DNA of 64,000 nt, from the NCBI GenBank assembly GCA_905331295.1, contig CAJNYD010000023.1:124001-188000 (forward strand), read 5' to 3'. This DNA comes from Rotaria socialis (taxonomy: Eukaryota). Made by a program: the position numbers and the translations under genes. Shown piece by piece: positions 25,801-40,775 of the stretch. The notes under the pieces are model-generated. The model had not been told where the DNA came from, made no database searches, and saw only the letters and a list, made by a program, of their open reading frames with translations. Numbering within the stretch: the first letter of the stretch is position 1; the number at the start of each line of letters is the position of its first letter.

Positions 25801-28800
25801 AACGTTAACAAGAATCTCTAACTAAAATATTAGAAAAAAAAAAAAAAAAAAAACGTGGATAAATTTTGTTTAGAAATATTTACTTGTGCATCGGATGAAT
25901 GTAATGATATGGTTTCTGGAGTAATACGTTCAATATTTGTACACATATTTATTTCATTTTTCTTTTTATATCTATAGTTTTCATGGATACATTCGAATGT
26001 CGGTGTACATCTATGGAAACACATAAGTTAGATGGATGATATTTTTATTGTTTATTTTGTTTTTCAAAAGACCATCTTACCTATTTTCTTTAGAGCACCA
26101 ATGACAAAGTTTAATATTGGAACATTCATCACATGTTTTATACTGTTCACATGTACTTAAATTTTGTTTAATTACCTAAATGAAAAAGTTAGAGTGATTC
26201 TTGTTCTATTGAATTTCGAATTTATACTCTCTGGTAAATCATATCCTCTCATACAGATATTCTAAGTTGAATTATTCGAAACAGCAAAATTTTTTCTTAT
26301 ATTCACATGTATCTCAAAAAAAGAAGTTTATTTCTATTCAATTCTGATTTCGAAATTCGATGTTGAAAAGGAGTCGATAATGAGTATGGCAAGATCTTTG
26401 ATTGAAAAACGAAATAAAATATTCATTTTACAGGACGAAAAAAAAATACAATTAGAAGTTCTGTCATACTTTCTAATTGAAATAAAAAAGATTTATCTAA
26501 TCAAGATTTCCACAAATAGAATTCATCGGATAGTGAAGTTCTTTTTGTAGGAAACATGTCAAAATATTTGATTCAATCGTTGAAATTTAACCTTGCAGAT
26601 TTCTCGGCTCAAAGAATAGAATGAAAAAAATATGAAATTCAATATTGTAAAAGGCAATTCCCCATCATATTTTCAAGATAGATACTATCAAATAATGATT
26701 TAGATAATGCAACAATTCGATGTCATCAACAATTCTTCTAATCTAATAGAAACCTACGTATTACTGAAAGTTTTATAATTTCAAAACAGTCGCTTGCAAG
26801 AGATCATATACTTCAACTATTGCTTTCATTCTTCGTAATTCAGAAATGTTCAATTATTAGTAGTTCTATTGTAAATTCATTAACAATATGTAAATTTGTC
26901 AAAAAAAAACATAAGATAGAGATGAAGATTTTATTAAAAAGTGAAATAATTAGAATGTTGTCTACGTTCACTGGTATTATACATCGGTGTCTCTTTAAGT
27001 GTTTGATTCCGAAGCCTATCAATGTTTAAATTTTTACGTCTTCACTTGAAATGAAACCATAACAAATATGAATATCGCATTAATATGTATCTATAACTAA
27101 TGTATACCGTTGACTTTTTATTTACTGAAGCCTCGTGTTCGCTATTAAGATTTAGTATTGTATTGAATAGAATATAAATTGAAAATTTTTTCTTTTCGAT
27201 TTGTGAAGTATATATTTAAAACATTAAATATTCTTTGCTGCTATTTAAAATAAGCTCTTTTTTCTGAAGGACAAATAAGAATGAAGTATAAATCGTTGTT
27301 ACCTGATTATTAGTCAGCACGAGAAGATTAGCATTTTTTAACAATGAATTTTTGTTAACTAACTTCAAATCAATTATCATTGATGATGGAAAACTTTGTT
27401 TGCCGATTTCATTTACATTTGATGTTTGAAACTTAATAAATAATGAAATTTAGTTTAAAAAAAAGTTTTTGATTTATTTCAAATCTTACGGTATATATAG
27501 TTCCCTGATCATCTCCTAATAAAATCATGACATCTTTATCGATTGAAACAATTTCAATAGCTGTAAAATTGACATTTTCATTCAATTCAATAATCGGTTC
27601 AATTTGTTCTAATGGTCGATGGCCACCAATAGGATATTGAAAAAATCTATCATCACTATCTGGACAATAGTCATGATTGATTTCATTTAAATTCTATTTC
27701 AAATAAAATTAATATATCTTTCATTTTGCTTATCTTTTCTACAAATTAAATTTGATTACTCAACTCACCTTATTCGATACACAATGTGTATCAGGGCTAA
27801 TATAACCTAAACCACGATAACCTTTCCCATCAACAAGACAACGTTTTATTGTTTGAAAAAAAGCTTCTCGTATTGAATCGATTGAATATGAACATACAGC
27901 ATGTGATGTATCAGATGAATTAGCTAATGTTGTATTACGAAATATGCCATACAAGATGTTATTGTCTTTAGAAAATTTTGCTGTAACTAGATACTGATAA
28001 TTTTTTCCACATGTTATTGGAATTTCAACATAACTTTTGATGATTGACTGCTTCAATGTTTGACAGAAGCGTAAAATTTTTGTTTGTAATTTATGTTTTC
28101 GTGTATGATAAATATCGGATTGTTGAATTGTTAAAAAATATGATATATTATTATGTTCAAATCCGTACAAATAATAGAGAAAGAATTCTTTTATTAAACG
28201 TATATTTAATAAACGTAATGTATATGTTGATTGTTGTAGTGCTGATTGACCAGAATTTAAATTGATGATTGATAAAAATTCTCTATCAATTGAACGTCCA
28301 CTTATTGTTGGAACTTCATAAAATGGATCACATAAAACATCGTATGTATTAGATAAATATAATATATGATTATTTTCACTAATGAAACCAATCGATGGAT
28401 AGAATGGTGATGATGAAACAATACGTTGTGAAGAATTTTTTAATAAATTAAGATTTACTAATGAACGTAATTGACATGAACCACCACGATTTGATGTTGA
28501 ACATATTAATATAGAATCATTAATTAACAGAAGTAATTGGTTAAATGTACTATTCAATGATGGAAATAAATAGGATGATGATGGAAAAGAATAAATATTT
28601 GTTGTTAATGATGATAATGTCTTATTATTTGGTATTGAACAATGATTTTCATTTTCGAACGATGATGAAATGTTTATATCTGATAAAATTGATAAATCAC
28701 TCGCATTTAATGAGTATATATGATTAATGGAAGCTAAAACAATGGTATCGGTATGATCATCATAAATAAAACGTTGTAATGGATTCGAAAATTGTATTTT

Positions 28801-28860
28801 TATTGTATTAGTTAATTTTATTGAATAAAGTAAGATAATAAGAAATATTTTAATACTCAT
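19863..28860 (-). CDS. Divergent plexin (signal peptide, Sema, PSI, IPT repeats, TM, split GAP with RBD); multi-exon
   Basis: Sema motifs YYLYGFEHNNISYFLTIQQ, SYVEIPITC and HAVCSYSIDSIREAF; PSI YDCERMALNCTSCIQLDPTFGCVWC; IPT GGTLLTIHGENL; a TM helix; cytoplasmic VKCLTCDTITQVKQKIL, KLNTLQHYGV, RLFETKSTIH and ILKNMNCLFDI. Confidence 0.9.
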
Positions 28861-29155
28861 TATATGACATGTGGAAAAGAGATAATCTAGAATAAGAGGG
28901 GGAAAAATAAGTAAATACAATGTAATGATTCATTTTCTTCGATTAAGATTGAATTACTATGTTAAAAAAAGACCCGGTATATACATACGCGTGTGAATAG
29001 ATAGAAATCATCCAATTTACAGCTTGCTCGCTTCTTCTACTACGATGAACTTAACATTATTAGTCGTTATGAGAAAAAAAGAAGAAGGAGAAAGAAGATT
29101 TTGAAAATAATTCAAGCATGCATACATAGTACATGCTCATCTCATGTTCATAGAA

Positions 29156-29187
<32 letters not shown>

Positions 29188-30231
29188 GATCGATCAGGCA
29201 AAAGAAAGAGAGTGAAAGGATTGATGCACGTTTTTGTAGATGACGTAATCTAAATGAAACAGATTGGAAAGAATAATCTTGTCTTTTTATAATTAAAGAA
29301 ATGTGTGAAATGGACATAGAAAAAAAAATTGCGATTAAAATTTTCTTCTTTTACGGTAGATCAAACATATTGCATGAGACGAAGGTTATCGGCATTTGTT
29401 CATTCATTCTTATTCACGGTCAAAATAATGAGCGGCGTGTGCATGACTATGCCGATTGGAACAAACAGAAAATATAAACGAGTCATTCGAGAAGAAGAAG
29501 AAGAAGAACTTCAAACCAATACTTTTCTTCTTCTGTGTATCGTTGTTGCTGTTTTAAGTACAAGTACGATAAAACAAAATGCATTGTTGAGAAATAGCAA
29601 AAAAAAAAGAAAACAAAGGTCAAGTTTAATTAGCTGAACGGTACGATCCGACGATGAGCAATACAGATAAAGTTCTTCTTTTTCCTCGACAGAGACCAAT
29701 ACCAATTATTGAATAGGGGTGTCTCGCCGCCTCATGTCAAATGTGTCATCAACGGTTAGTATCATCCAAAACGTTTAGATATACATAAATGCATATATGT
29801 ATGCATATATATAGTCATGCACGTACATACGATTTCACTCACCACCTATCATCATCGATGTCTGCATATGAATAGTTAGTCTTCTTATTTTTAATTTTTG
29901 TGAAAAAAAACTATTTTTTCTTTCTTTTTTATGATTTTATAATGATAATTCTCGTATAATGCCTCGAGACATTATCGGGAATCGAAAGAAAAAGAAAGTG
30001 AGAAAGATTCAGGTGTGGGAATCTATAAACGTATGTGGAACAATGTATTCGTTCGTGTGGAATCAAGATGCTTTGCATACGATAACAATCAAAATAATGT
30101 GAAACAGTATGAAGTAAATGCTTCAGCGCGTGTGTACGATTGAGAGAAGAGAAAAACAAAATCCGGAAAACAGGCTTGAACCGGAACATGTCTCAATTAC
30201 TCGGCGATGCACAAACGAAGTAACTACAGTA

Positions 30232-30260
30232 AGTCAGTCAGTCAGTCAGTCAGTCAGTCA
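30232..30260. repeat. (AGTC)n microsatellite
   Basis: Directly visible tandem tetranucleotide. Confidence 0.9.
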
Positions 30261-30787
30261 CAGTCATAATAATATAAGTATTTAGACACAATACCTGGAA
30301 ATAGACAGACGACAAGAGGAAATTCAACAATCTCCCTAGAGAGTGAAACGACGGTCAGACAAAAGACTAAAAGAATTGGATGTTCATCTTAATAGTCGGA
30401 TATAACATATGAAGAGAAGCGAACAGAGACAAAGGAAAAAAAGTCTAATCGATTTCCGTTTCATTTTGTTGTTCTTACCGATGGACATTATATTCAATGG
30501 ACCTTCACGCGTCTACGCAATTATTATAACATTCAGAAGTTAAAATAAAAAAAAGTCACATATATTTGTACAATGGCAGCAACTGTTGAATGTCTCACCT
30601 CATCTATTCATGATATGTGAACAATAATAGATTCATCTAAATACGTCAAACTGTCGTAGAGAAAATAGAAGTGATGATGATAAAGACGAGCATTTGCACT
30701 CATGATTGTCTATGTATCAAATATCAGTATGTATATATGTAGTCAAGGCTTTTTTATGTTCTATTATTCCGTAAAAAAAACTACCTT

Positions 30788-30836
30788 CATCATCATCATC
30801 ATCATTACTATTATTATTATTATTATTATTATTATT
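30788..30836. repeat. Compound (CAT)n/(TAT)n microsatellite
   Basis: Directly visible. Confidence 0.9.
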
Positions 30837-33623
30837 AAAGATAAGCAACCATGCAGCACTCAAAACAAATTGATTTTGCTGATGCTACTATTCAACTTGA
30901 ACGTACGTCAATCAGCATAAGACAGACAGACAGACAGACAGATAGACGGAACGAAAGAGTAAGAAAAGAGAGCGAGAGATCGATTAGACGCCTCAAACTG
31001 TGTTTGAAATAAGTACTATAAAATCAAGTTGTCTGACATATTCACAACGAATAAGTTAATTCCCTTGTGGTGACACCATACAGACTGATAATAGTAGCGT
31101 AAAGGATTAGACGACACATAACGCAACTTTAACAAGCAATTAGATTTGCTACAAAATATACATATATAGCTACATCAACTCGACATCGCATAGCTATATG
31201 TAAATATATATATTCCTCTTGTGGCATAGCATGTCTGTGACGAGACACACATACATATATGTGCACACTCGAGCATCGCGCGATCAGAGATGAAGAGAGA
31301 TGATGGTCATCTTTTCACACATTTCACATGCAATATAAATATATTAAAGATATGAATTATATCAAATAAAAAGATCGCAAAGAAAAAAAGACTAAAGACA
31401 AGGGTCACCATCGTTTACTGTCATTGATTTGATTCGGAAATACTGACATCCGATTAGAGAAAAAGAGAAATAAAAAAGCAAAAAAAAAATCAACTGACCA
31501 CCATTATTATAAGAGAGAAAATTGCATTATATCAGACGAACATCGGCAACAGCCCAATACAGATTCACATAGTATAATTTTATTAGTTATTCTAATTCGA
31601 CACTGTCTTTCTATAGATTTTGTGTGTAAGTCGATTTCGTCCGTGAACAATTTGATTTATTCATTATGCTGTCCGTCGGTCGTCTCAAGCATGTGTACGT
31701 GCGGACGCGTGCAACGTCGATCATTTTCTATCTACAACAAGCCATAAAGCAACTTCTAATGCACAATCATAACAAATTAGATATTTCTTTACATAGTTCT
31801 TAGTCTAAAAAAAAACTAGAAGAAGAAGGAAAAAGAACGAACGAACGAACGAACAAATGGTATCGTCCTACTCTTATTGCTCAATGAATACTTAAAAAGA
31901 AAACTGCGAGAGTGATGAAGATATGCATATCAATCTATCTTTTTCTGCTTCTCTTTTCTACTATAAACAACAATTACTTATATAAACAGTATATACTAGT
32001 GTTATCATCACCCAACAGCGCAACGCTAGGCTGCTTACAGCATCTTACATGTTAGATAGTAGTAGGGAGAAACGAAGCGATCTTGTCTCGTTTACATGAA
32101 ACTGTAATGGAGTTGAAATGACAACGACAGTAAAAGCGCCCCTTCATTAGTCTGATTGCAGATGATGTAATCATTTTATCTATTTATTTTTTTTTGTTTG
32201 TTTTTTTTTGTTTTCTCTCATTTTTTTCACTCCACTAATGTAACAATACATGACATTGAACTAACTACCCGCATCATGTATAAATGTAAATATATGTATG
32301 TCAGTCAGATAGCATTCATTATATAATGACTCTTTCAATGTATATACCTATATGCGAGCTCAAGCTAGTCATCATCTGTGTATTTCAAACACATTAATCT
32401 TTTTTACTATGTATACATTGAATGTTGACACTGAAAAAGATAGATATACTTGAACTAAACACCATCAACGTAAACAATCAATCTGGCATAAAATCTCGTC
32501 AAGGATAATGAATAGATAGATTGAAACAAAAGATTCAACTTGTTTCTTCATTATGGATGGAATATGATAGCATTGGCTGTTATTAGGGTGGAGCTATAGT
32601 GGTACTAGTATTAGTAGTAGCGGTCACAATGGAGATGTGACGCAAGATCCGATACGCCACAGGCGAGCACCGAAGAAAAAAAAAGTGAAGTAGTTATCTC
32701 TCATAGTCATCAGATCAATCGTCGACAATCGAATGAGTAAAGAAGTGAACGAACGATGAAGATCAGGCTAATCTGAGACGTGCTGACGACTTTTTTCTCA
32801 TAATGAAAATAGTATATTGGTCACTGAAAATGAAAAAATAAAATAAAATCTCAGATGAGCTTTGAAGACGATCAGGTATCCGACTTAACGATAAGATGTG
32901 AAAAACTTAATATATATATATGCATCAACGAAACTTCATTTTCTAACAAGAAATCAATATTCTATTAGAATAAAAAACTAATATCATTAAAAATAAGATA
33001 TTTCTTGATAAGAAAAGCAAAGAAAATGACTTAACTTTTAGTAGAGAAGCACGTTCTTACAGTCATACACTACTAACAAATATCTGTACTACTCGATCGA
33101 TCGCTTTTATTGTCCAAAAGTCAGCGCATATATATATATACATATATATCAATGATGATATGATAATGATTGCATTCATATTACATTGCGAGTTTGTTCA
33201 ACGAGATGACAAGACAGACAGGCGCTTTTTTATGTTGAACGTATTCGTAATATGACACAATCATAAGTCGAAATCTGTCTTATTCATTATTTCATTCTAC
33301 TAGTTGAAATCTAAGTAGTCAATGAATAAGTGAAAGCCACAGTAAAGCAAGACAAGATATGCATATACGTATGCATGTACGTATATATGAACAATCGATA
33401 ATTTTCAAGTGTTACACAATAAATATATCTTTTACACGGTTGATCAAACTGATTGAAAGACCGGAAACTTACTTGTCCAAATATATAAACGAATTCGATG
33501 GAGTAATTGAGTATAAAGAAGAAAATAATTAATATGAGCTTGGTTTGCTCTTAAACGAATTTATAAGAGAATGATAATAGGGTGGTAATGATGGTCAATT
33601 TTTCTCTCGGATTTCTTTATAAG

Positions 33624-33625
<2 letters not shown>

Positions 33626-33654
<29 letters not shown>
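33626..33654. repeat. (TATG)n microsatellite
   Basis: Directly visible. Confidence 0.9.
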
Positions 33655-34622
33655 GTACTCGCGGTGTGAAGTTGTTACAACAAAGCGACGAATAGAACGA
33701 GCCAAATCATTAAAACAGGAGGTACTCTTTTATGAGTACTGCATTGTTGAAATAAAATGTGTCGTTCAATTGTAGTGGGTGTGTATAGAAGAGAAAAGGA
33801 GGAGAAGACGAAGAAGAAGAAAAAACGATTGACGTTTCTTAAAGTAGCCTCAATAGAAATCGAGCAGACGAAAAAAGCAGTAGGGCGGCAATCGCGGTCA
33901 ATCAATTGATATGTTCTTTCATCGAATGACTGACAAGACAAAATGCGAATCTATGATTATCGACATAGGATTGAAAAAGTTCGTTCAAAAAAATAAAAGT
34001 GACAATTATAAGAATGCAATCATTTAACTAGCTTATATGCACAAGTACACTGCTAATGATAATGATAATGACATTGATAAGAACAAAAACAAAAAAATGA
34101 CATTAATGTAAATACTAGAACGAAAGTGAAATAATTAGGTCAAATGGTTGCCGCCGCAGGAGACCCTATTCTTTCTTTGTCCATATGTGAACGTATTTCT
34201 ATTTCTATTTATATAGAAATATAGATCGGATTCCATACTAGTTCTGACATAAGAACCTAAGTGAATACTAGAAAATGAAGGACAAACGTGACGTAAAGAA
34301 CAAACAAGATTCAAAACTCGGAAATCACACTGTCACTTAAAGACACGGAAACGGTAATTCTTGTGTCTGTGACCGGATTAAATAAGACAAGAAAAGAAAA
34401 GAAAAGAATAAGAAATAGATGAAAAGACTTCCTACTACTCAATATAAACTCCATTGAACACGACGTTTTGTCTCGAAACGATGACGTTCTTACCATAATC
34501 ATCATTGAAATTTTTAGTTTGATGTATTCTATACGTATCATTCTCTCTATTACAATGTATGATGCAAACTGCGATAACTACGAATGATAGCCGCTGGGTT
34601 TGACAACGATGAGATGAATATA

Positions 34623-34653
<31 letters not shown>

Positions 34654-35543
34654 CTATGATCATCAAGAGTAAAATTGAGAAAGAGTTGAAGGTAAAAGTA
34701 AAACATTTAAAATCATTCTTTACACCAAATATAACGAAAACGATCGTTTATTTACCTTACAACGTTCAAGAGTTTCGAGCGCAACCACTCAGTCTAATTG
34801 ATAACACATCTCATTTGGAAGCCAAACGATCTATAAGGTTGATGGTCTGTATTTCAGGACAAGAGAAGAAAGCAAGCAGAAAGAGTGAATGAGTGCGAGA
34901 AAGAAAGAGCGAATATCTAGGTATAGCCCCGCAATTATATCATCGCATGATGTACGTATTGGTGCCAGTGAAGTGACCGAGCGTCGTTTGTCTTTCCATC
35001 ACGCAAGCATTTGATAAAATAAGCTTAAGATCAAAGTATGATATAAGTGGTCAATTAAGCTATATAAAACTTCTTTTTTTCTTCCTCAAAATATGTATTC
35101 GATCACCAGATGTTTCTCTGCAGTTGATCAGCTGAGTTATAGAGAAAAAGAAGAATGTTCAGAAAATTGTTATTTATTTTTGATTGAACCATCCATCATT
35201 CAGATGACATGATCGTATATTGTTTCGTGTTTGTACAAAGTTCATTGCCACGTTAGACAGACGATTAAACGACTTTTTCATTTGCTACTCTTGATATATC
35301 TGTTTTCAATTTGACTCCAACTATCCACTTGAGAAACAAAACGATAAGTTAAAAGAAACAGAAGAGAAAGATGCTTTTCTCTAATGTAGCTGTATCATGA
35401 TGAACGTGCCTTTTCTTTTGGTATGTATTGTTGACGAAATCCAACTAATGAGTTTATACGAGATGATTAACTGCTTGTTGAACCATGATCTACAATGACC
35501 TTGTACTGCCGGTAGGATCATCTTTTTTTCTCACGAGAATATG

Positions 35544-35576
<33 letters not shown>

Positions 35577-37093
35577 TGCAAAAGGCAATTAGTTTGGTGA
35601 GGATAATATGTGAGGCCGTGACTGTTGTGTTTTCCGGCTAAAAGAACTTGAAGTGTTTCCCCTCGTCTAATTATGCATATGCGCACAGATGGTTAGGGTA
35701 TCGAAATTCATTCAAAGTGATTTTGTGTGTGTATGCTGATTTCCTCATTCACTCACTTATTCGCTAAATTGTATCATTCTCATTCCACCTCCCAGCGGTA
35801 ATCAAAGTGCACACGCACGCATACACATCTAAGAAATAAAATAAAAAAAGAAACCTAAATATTCTTTCATTTTTAATAAAGGTGAATATGACTTCATCTT
35901 AAACTAGTTTGGAAAACAATTTAAATCCAAATTTTGAAATCTATACGATAAGTGAGAGTTACTCTTTTGGTCAATTCTCATCTTCATTATTATATATTTT
36001 GCAGGTTATTGCTTTATGAGCGGTATTTTTCCTATGAATCGTTATTCCATCTGTCGAAAGATACTAGTTGACATGCAAACATCGTATATTGCTATTGACA
36101 TGTTAGTTGATAACGCTAGATTACTATCTATTCTAAAGAAGACATAGAATTCTCTAGAGTTCAAAATTTAATTGAATAAACATCGATGTTCATTGATGTG
36201 ATGGACGATGGAAAATTTAATTGTTAAAAAAAGACAATGAAAATAATGTCTGAGAGAAAATGTAATTATTATTTTTGAAAATATAAAAACAATCAGATCT
36301 TAAATTTTGATCAACTTATGGCAGTATGATTAATAATAGCTAAGTATTTTAGTAGCATTACTATGCTTTCGTATTATTCGATTCATTGTCCGAATTCTTC
36401 TAGTCAGCAATATTAAACACGTGCAGATTTATTCAAAACATTTTTCTATTGACTTTGTTTCTTCAGACATATCTGTCGCGTTTGATAAGAACTTTAGTCA
36501 AATGATTATCTCAATGATAAGTATGTTGAAACTCATGATTTTAGTCGACGAGAAAAGTACAAGAAAACCTTGGCTTCTGTTTTCTGGCTCATTCTTTGTC
36601 ATTATTTTTACTTTTAAGCTTATTCAATCGGAATAACAAGAAAAATACAACAAAATAATTTGAATAGCTCATGCATGAAAGAACGAGTAAATAGTCGGTA
36701 GAACTGGCAAAAACAAAATTTCAATTCAGTCTAGTTTGGAAATAGTGCAAGTGAGCATTTCAGTTCTTGTTTATCGAAAAAACTGAAGAAAGAGTCAGTT
36801 TTGATTTACTTGATAATAAAATAGCAAAATATGTTACGAAAACAAAAAAATAAAATGATTTAAGAATGAACCGAAAAAGAAAAAACACAATCAATGGTTG
36901 CAGCGAAAGCATCTAAATTCCTGTTATCATCGCGACTCAATTTAAGAGAAGACTAGAAAATTAAAATGAGTCGAACAATAGCATATTTACAAAAAATAAA
37001 ATAAAAAATGTTCACATGTGCGCATTTGTTTAAGTTTTTGAAAACAAGTAAAATATGCACCGGCGTTGACTAATAAATGAAACAAATTATATT

Positions 37094-38515
37094 CTATAGT
37101 CGTTCATTTTCAAATTCTTTCTCTTCTGGAAGACGTCCAACTTTAACATCATCAATTGCAGCCCATATATCAAACACAAAGTCATCTGTAAAGTTAAACG
37201 AGCCAAGTTCTGAATCATTAATAGCCAAAGTAAAATCACTTGGATTACTTTTATTTTCTGCTAAATCCCAAATTTGATGTGCTAAAAATAAATCACACAT
37301 CAAAATTTTTATAAAAAAATGAACATATATTTCAGTAAATATATATGCTCAAATCTCAAATGAAACAGAAGTATAATATCAATATCATGGTTTTCTATAT
37401 CAAATGATTCATTGATTATTATAATCGTAGTTTCGAGAATATATTTTTATGCTTACCAAGTTCAGAATCATTTATACCCATATAAGTTTCCAGAAGACCA
37501 TTAATACGTTCAATGGCTTTTACCATAACATCATCAACTTCTTCAATACTTGCTTTACCATCAGCTTTAAAACGAAGAGTTTTGGTACCATTTTTAATAT
37601 CACCACCTGCCTTACGACGACGTTGAGGTGGTTCAATTTCTTAAAAAAATATAATAACAATAGTACACGTAGAGGAAAATAAAAGCAAATGAGCATACGA
37701 AATCCAAAAGTATTTGGTTCGATTAAACGTAATTTAAATGTTGAACCAACAGGAATATCTTTTAACATTTTAGCTACTTGAAAATGTCGTGTGCCAGCAA
37801 GCGATGTATCATTTATTTTTTCAATATGGTCACCAACTTTGACAAGATTTTGAAGTCGTTCAATTACACTTTGTTCTTTAATACGTTTGATAAAAGAATA
37901 GCCTAATCGATTAGAATGAAAATCAATTAAAATTATTTTCATTAATAAAATAAAGTCTAAAATAACCTGCTCCATTGTCAGTAATAGTCAAACCAAGAGC
38001 AGGTTCTGATTTAACAACTTCTATTTCTTTTGCTTGTCCTTTAACATGTACAAATATAAAATCATCTAAACCAATTTGTCCACCTAATAATTTACTCATC
38101 TCAATTTTATGTGTATTTAATGTACAAAATAGAATCTATAAAATACAATCTACATTTTATTCTTCTAATTTCAACAATAAATTATGCTTACTGTTGATGC
38201 TGGTATTTCAAAACAGTCGGCTATTTTTTGATATAATTCTTTAACATTACTAAAGCCTGTTATAACACCAGTTGGACTACCATGTGCTAATTGACAATGA
38301 AATATTAGTTTTTGTTGCTCACCACGTTTGCTAGCATGTAATGGCTTAGAAGTAACTGGAGCGTAGACATTTGAAGAATATGTATAGGGAGCTGATCGTG
38401 CTGATGAAGTTACATTTCCCGATGCTGTTGCTTCTGATGGGTTGGATAGTGGTGGATCAGCCTCATTTATGGAGCCTTTCGGTTTACGTGATTTTCGTTT
38501 AAAAATATTTCGCAT
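37094..38515 (-). CDS. GIPC: PDZ domain protein GIPC (GH1-PDZ-GH2); multi-exon
   Basis: [50 protein letters not shown] segment [10 protein letters not shown]...[15 protein letters not shown], and C-terminal [17 protein letters not shown]. Confidence 0.95.
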
Positions 38516-38977
38516 GATACTAAAGAAATATGACTTCCTATTAAAAATATGTTATTACTTCTATATTGCAATAATGAATGACGAGAGAAAAAGATGAATA
38601 TACTTTTATATTTACAAAGTTTACCTTAAGTCAACAAGAGTGTCGACTTTCACAAACTTTTGTTATAGTCGGATAAAGGAATAAGAATGATTTAAGACAA
38701 ACATATTTCATTGGTTGAGTTTGTGAAACAATAAAAAGAAATGAATTATCTTAGCATCTATTTCGTAAGTGTATTCTCCTTGGTGACACTTACAACTATG
38801 GTATTACACTAAACAGAAAAGAAATCCTTCATCATCTATTATTTTTGTTTTTGTATGAGAAGTCCGCATGACTTTTGTTATTACAGAAGAAAAGAATATA
38901 AAAAGGAGCGCTGCATTATAAAGAAGCGTTAAGTCGAATGCAGTTTTAAAAGTTTTTTTTTGCTTTTTCGTTCAATT

Positions 38978-39233
38978 ATGGTAAGAAACAATGAAAAACT
39001 TATTACATTTGCATTTTTCCATGTATCTATAGCCAGCAAAAAAGAAGAAAGAAGGCTCATCGAAACGTAAAGCTAATTCTAAAAATGCTGATGATCGTCC
39101 CGAAGTTGATGTTTTATCACCAGCTGCTGTCATCAACGCATATTACATATGCCATAATGTTGCCGATTGTTTAGAAGCACGAGGTTTTGCATGGGAAGGA
39201 GCTAAGAAAGGCAAAAAGAAAAAGAAAAAATGA
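38978..39233 (+). CDS. SMKR1: Small lysine-rich protein 1 homolog; the first coding exon is only the ATG (38978-38980), exon 2 is 39033-39233; 67 aa
   Basis: ATG|gtaag...tatag| gives [67 protein letters not shown]. This matches the SMKR1 core [24 protein letters not shown] as I recall it. Confidence 0.88.
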
Positions 39234-39718
39234 TAAAAATGCTTTTCCTTCTATTTGATTGAATTCTCTCAATGTTGTGACCACAATTGATTATTGTATT
39301 TTCATTCAAGAATGCTTAATGACGAAACAAAAAAATAATAGTCAAACGTGCTGTTCCTTTTTTTGTATTTAAAGTGAATAAATAAAATAATGTTCTTTAT
39401 ACGACAAGATTCTATTTTAGCTTATGTTTAGGATTTTCATTCATAGAAAAAAAGTCAATTGAAACCATTGCTGCATTCAAGAAAGCAAAAAGAAAAAGAA
39501 AAACAAACTAGAGCGCCAGAAGAAAAATGCATACTCTACGCAAGAATATACACGACAAAATAGAACTATATAACAAACTTCACTGTTTACAAAATAAAGA
39601 TTAATGTTAGAAAACGATTTGTAATATTATGAAATGGATAAAGCTCGAAGTACACATAGATTCATTCATTATAGAAGATTAATTTTAAAAAATAGGTAAA
39701 AGAAAATATTGATGTTTA

Positions 39719-40775
39719 TTAGATGAGAGAAGTCATATTGTTTGTCATGGAAGCTGGCTTATGAGATGCCGGCACAATAAGATAATTGTAAACTGAATAG
39801 TAATGAATTGATGCGCCGAGAAAAACAAAACAATGCCAAATTGCATGTGCAAATGGTATGATACCATCACATTTAAAGAAGACTACACCTGAAAGAAATG
39901 CAAAACCACCGATGCCCATTTCAAATAAACCTTCGTGTTCAACCTGAAGTCAAATCAAATATAATTCACATCATTTTTATGCCTCATATAAACTAACCAT
40001 ATCTATGATGATAATTGTGGGAAGAACACCAACGACAATATAGCAACATGTTTCAAGTAATTTGTATCTTTCATGATATAAAATTTGAAAAGTCATGCCT
40101 AATATAGCCATGATCCAAACGACTGTTATTGTAGTTGCTGCTGACATACTTTGTGTTGTACGAAGAAGAAGCCTTAATAATAATAATAATAATCAAAATA
40201 GAAAAATTCTACAGGAAGCATTATTATTGTTTTACCATGGTGTATAACTAGAACTTATGAAAATATAAATGATAGCTCGATCGACACGATGTAATAAATG
40301 CCTGAGTTTTGAATCTCTGTAAAACAAAAGAAAAGATTTATTTTTGTAAATGATTTCATGAGTTACTCTTATTTGGTTTGTACCTATATGTTGGATGAAA
40401 GCATGAACAATGAAAGATCGTAGAAAAAGAAAATAGTAATATGAGAGCATTGCCATAAATAACACTGCTCCAGTATTGTTCTGATGTATCTGCACGAGAT
40501 ATCAATCGTTGAGCAGCAATAAACGATGGTACAATAAGACAACCATGCGTTAGACAGTTTGCTGCATGCTCTATGATGAAAAAAAGTGCTCAAATAAATA
40601 CATTTAAAATTAAAGAAACCATACCATGTGCAGTAGGTATATATGCTCGACTAATGGCTCGTTCATTCATAAATCGACGCCAACATTTGTGTTTTTTTTG
40701 CTCTGTTGGCATTGATGATTCTTGATGGAAGCCATTACGGACTTCTGTACTAACAATACGTTTTTGAATATGCAT
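39719..40775 (-). CDS. MMD: Monocyte-to-macrophage differentiation factor (PAQR10/11, hemolysin-III family); multi-exon
   Basis: RFMNERAISRAYIPT, HRVDRAIIYIFISSSYTPW and GVVFFKCDGIIPFAHAIWHCFV motifs. Confidence 0.92.

Noticed and set aside
29060..36636. Many short ORFs in the intergenic region
   Set aside because: Low-complexity F/I/K-rich translations with no domain or splice support.
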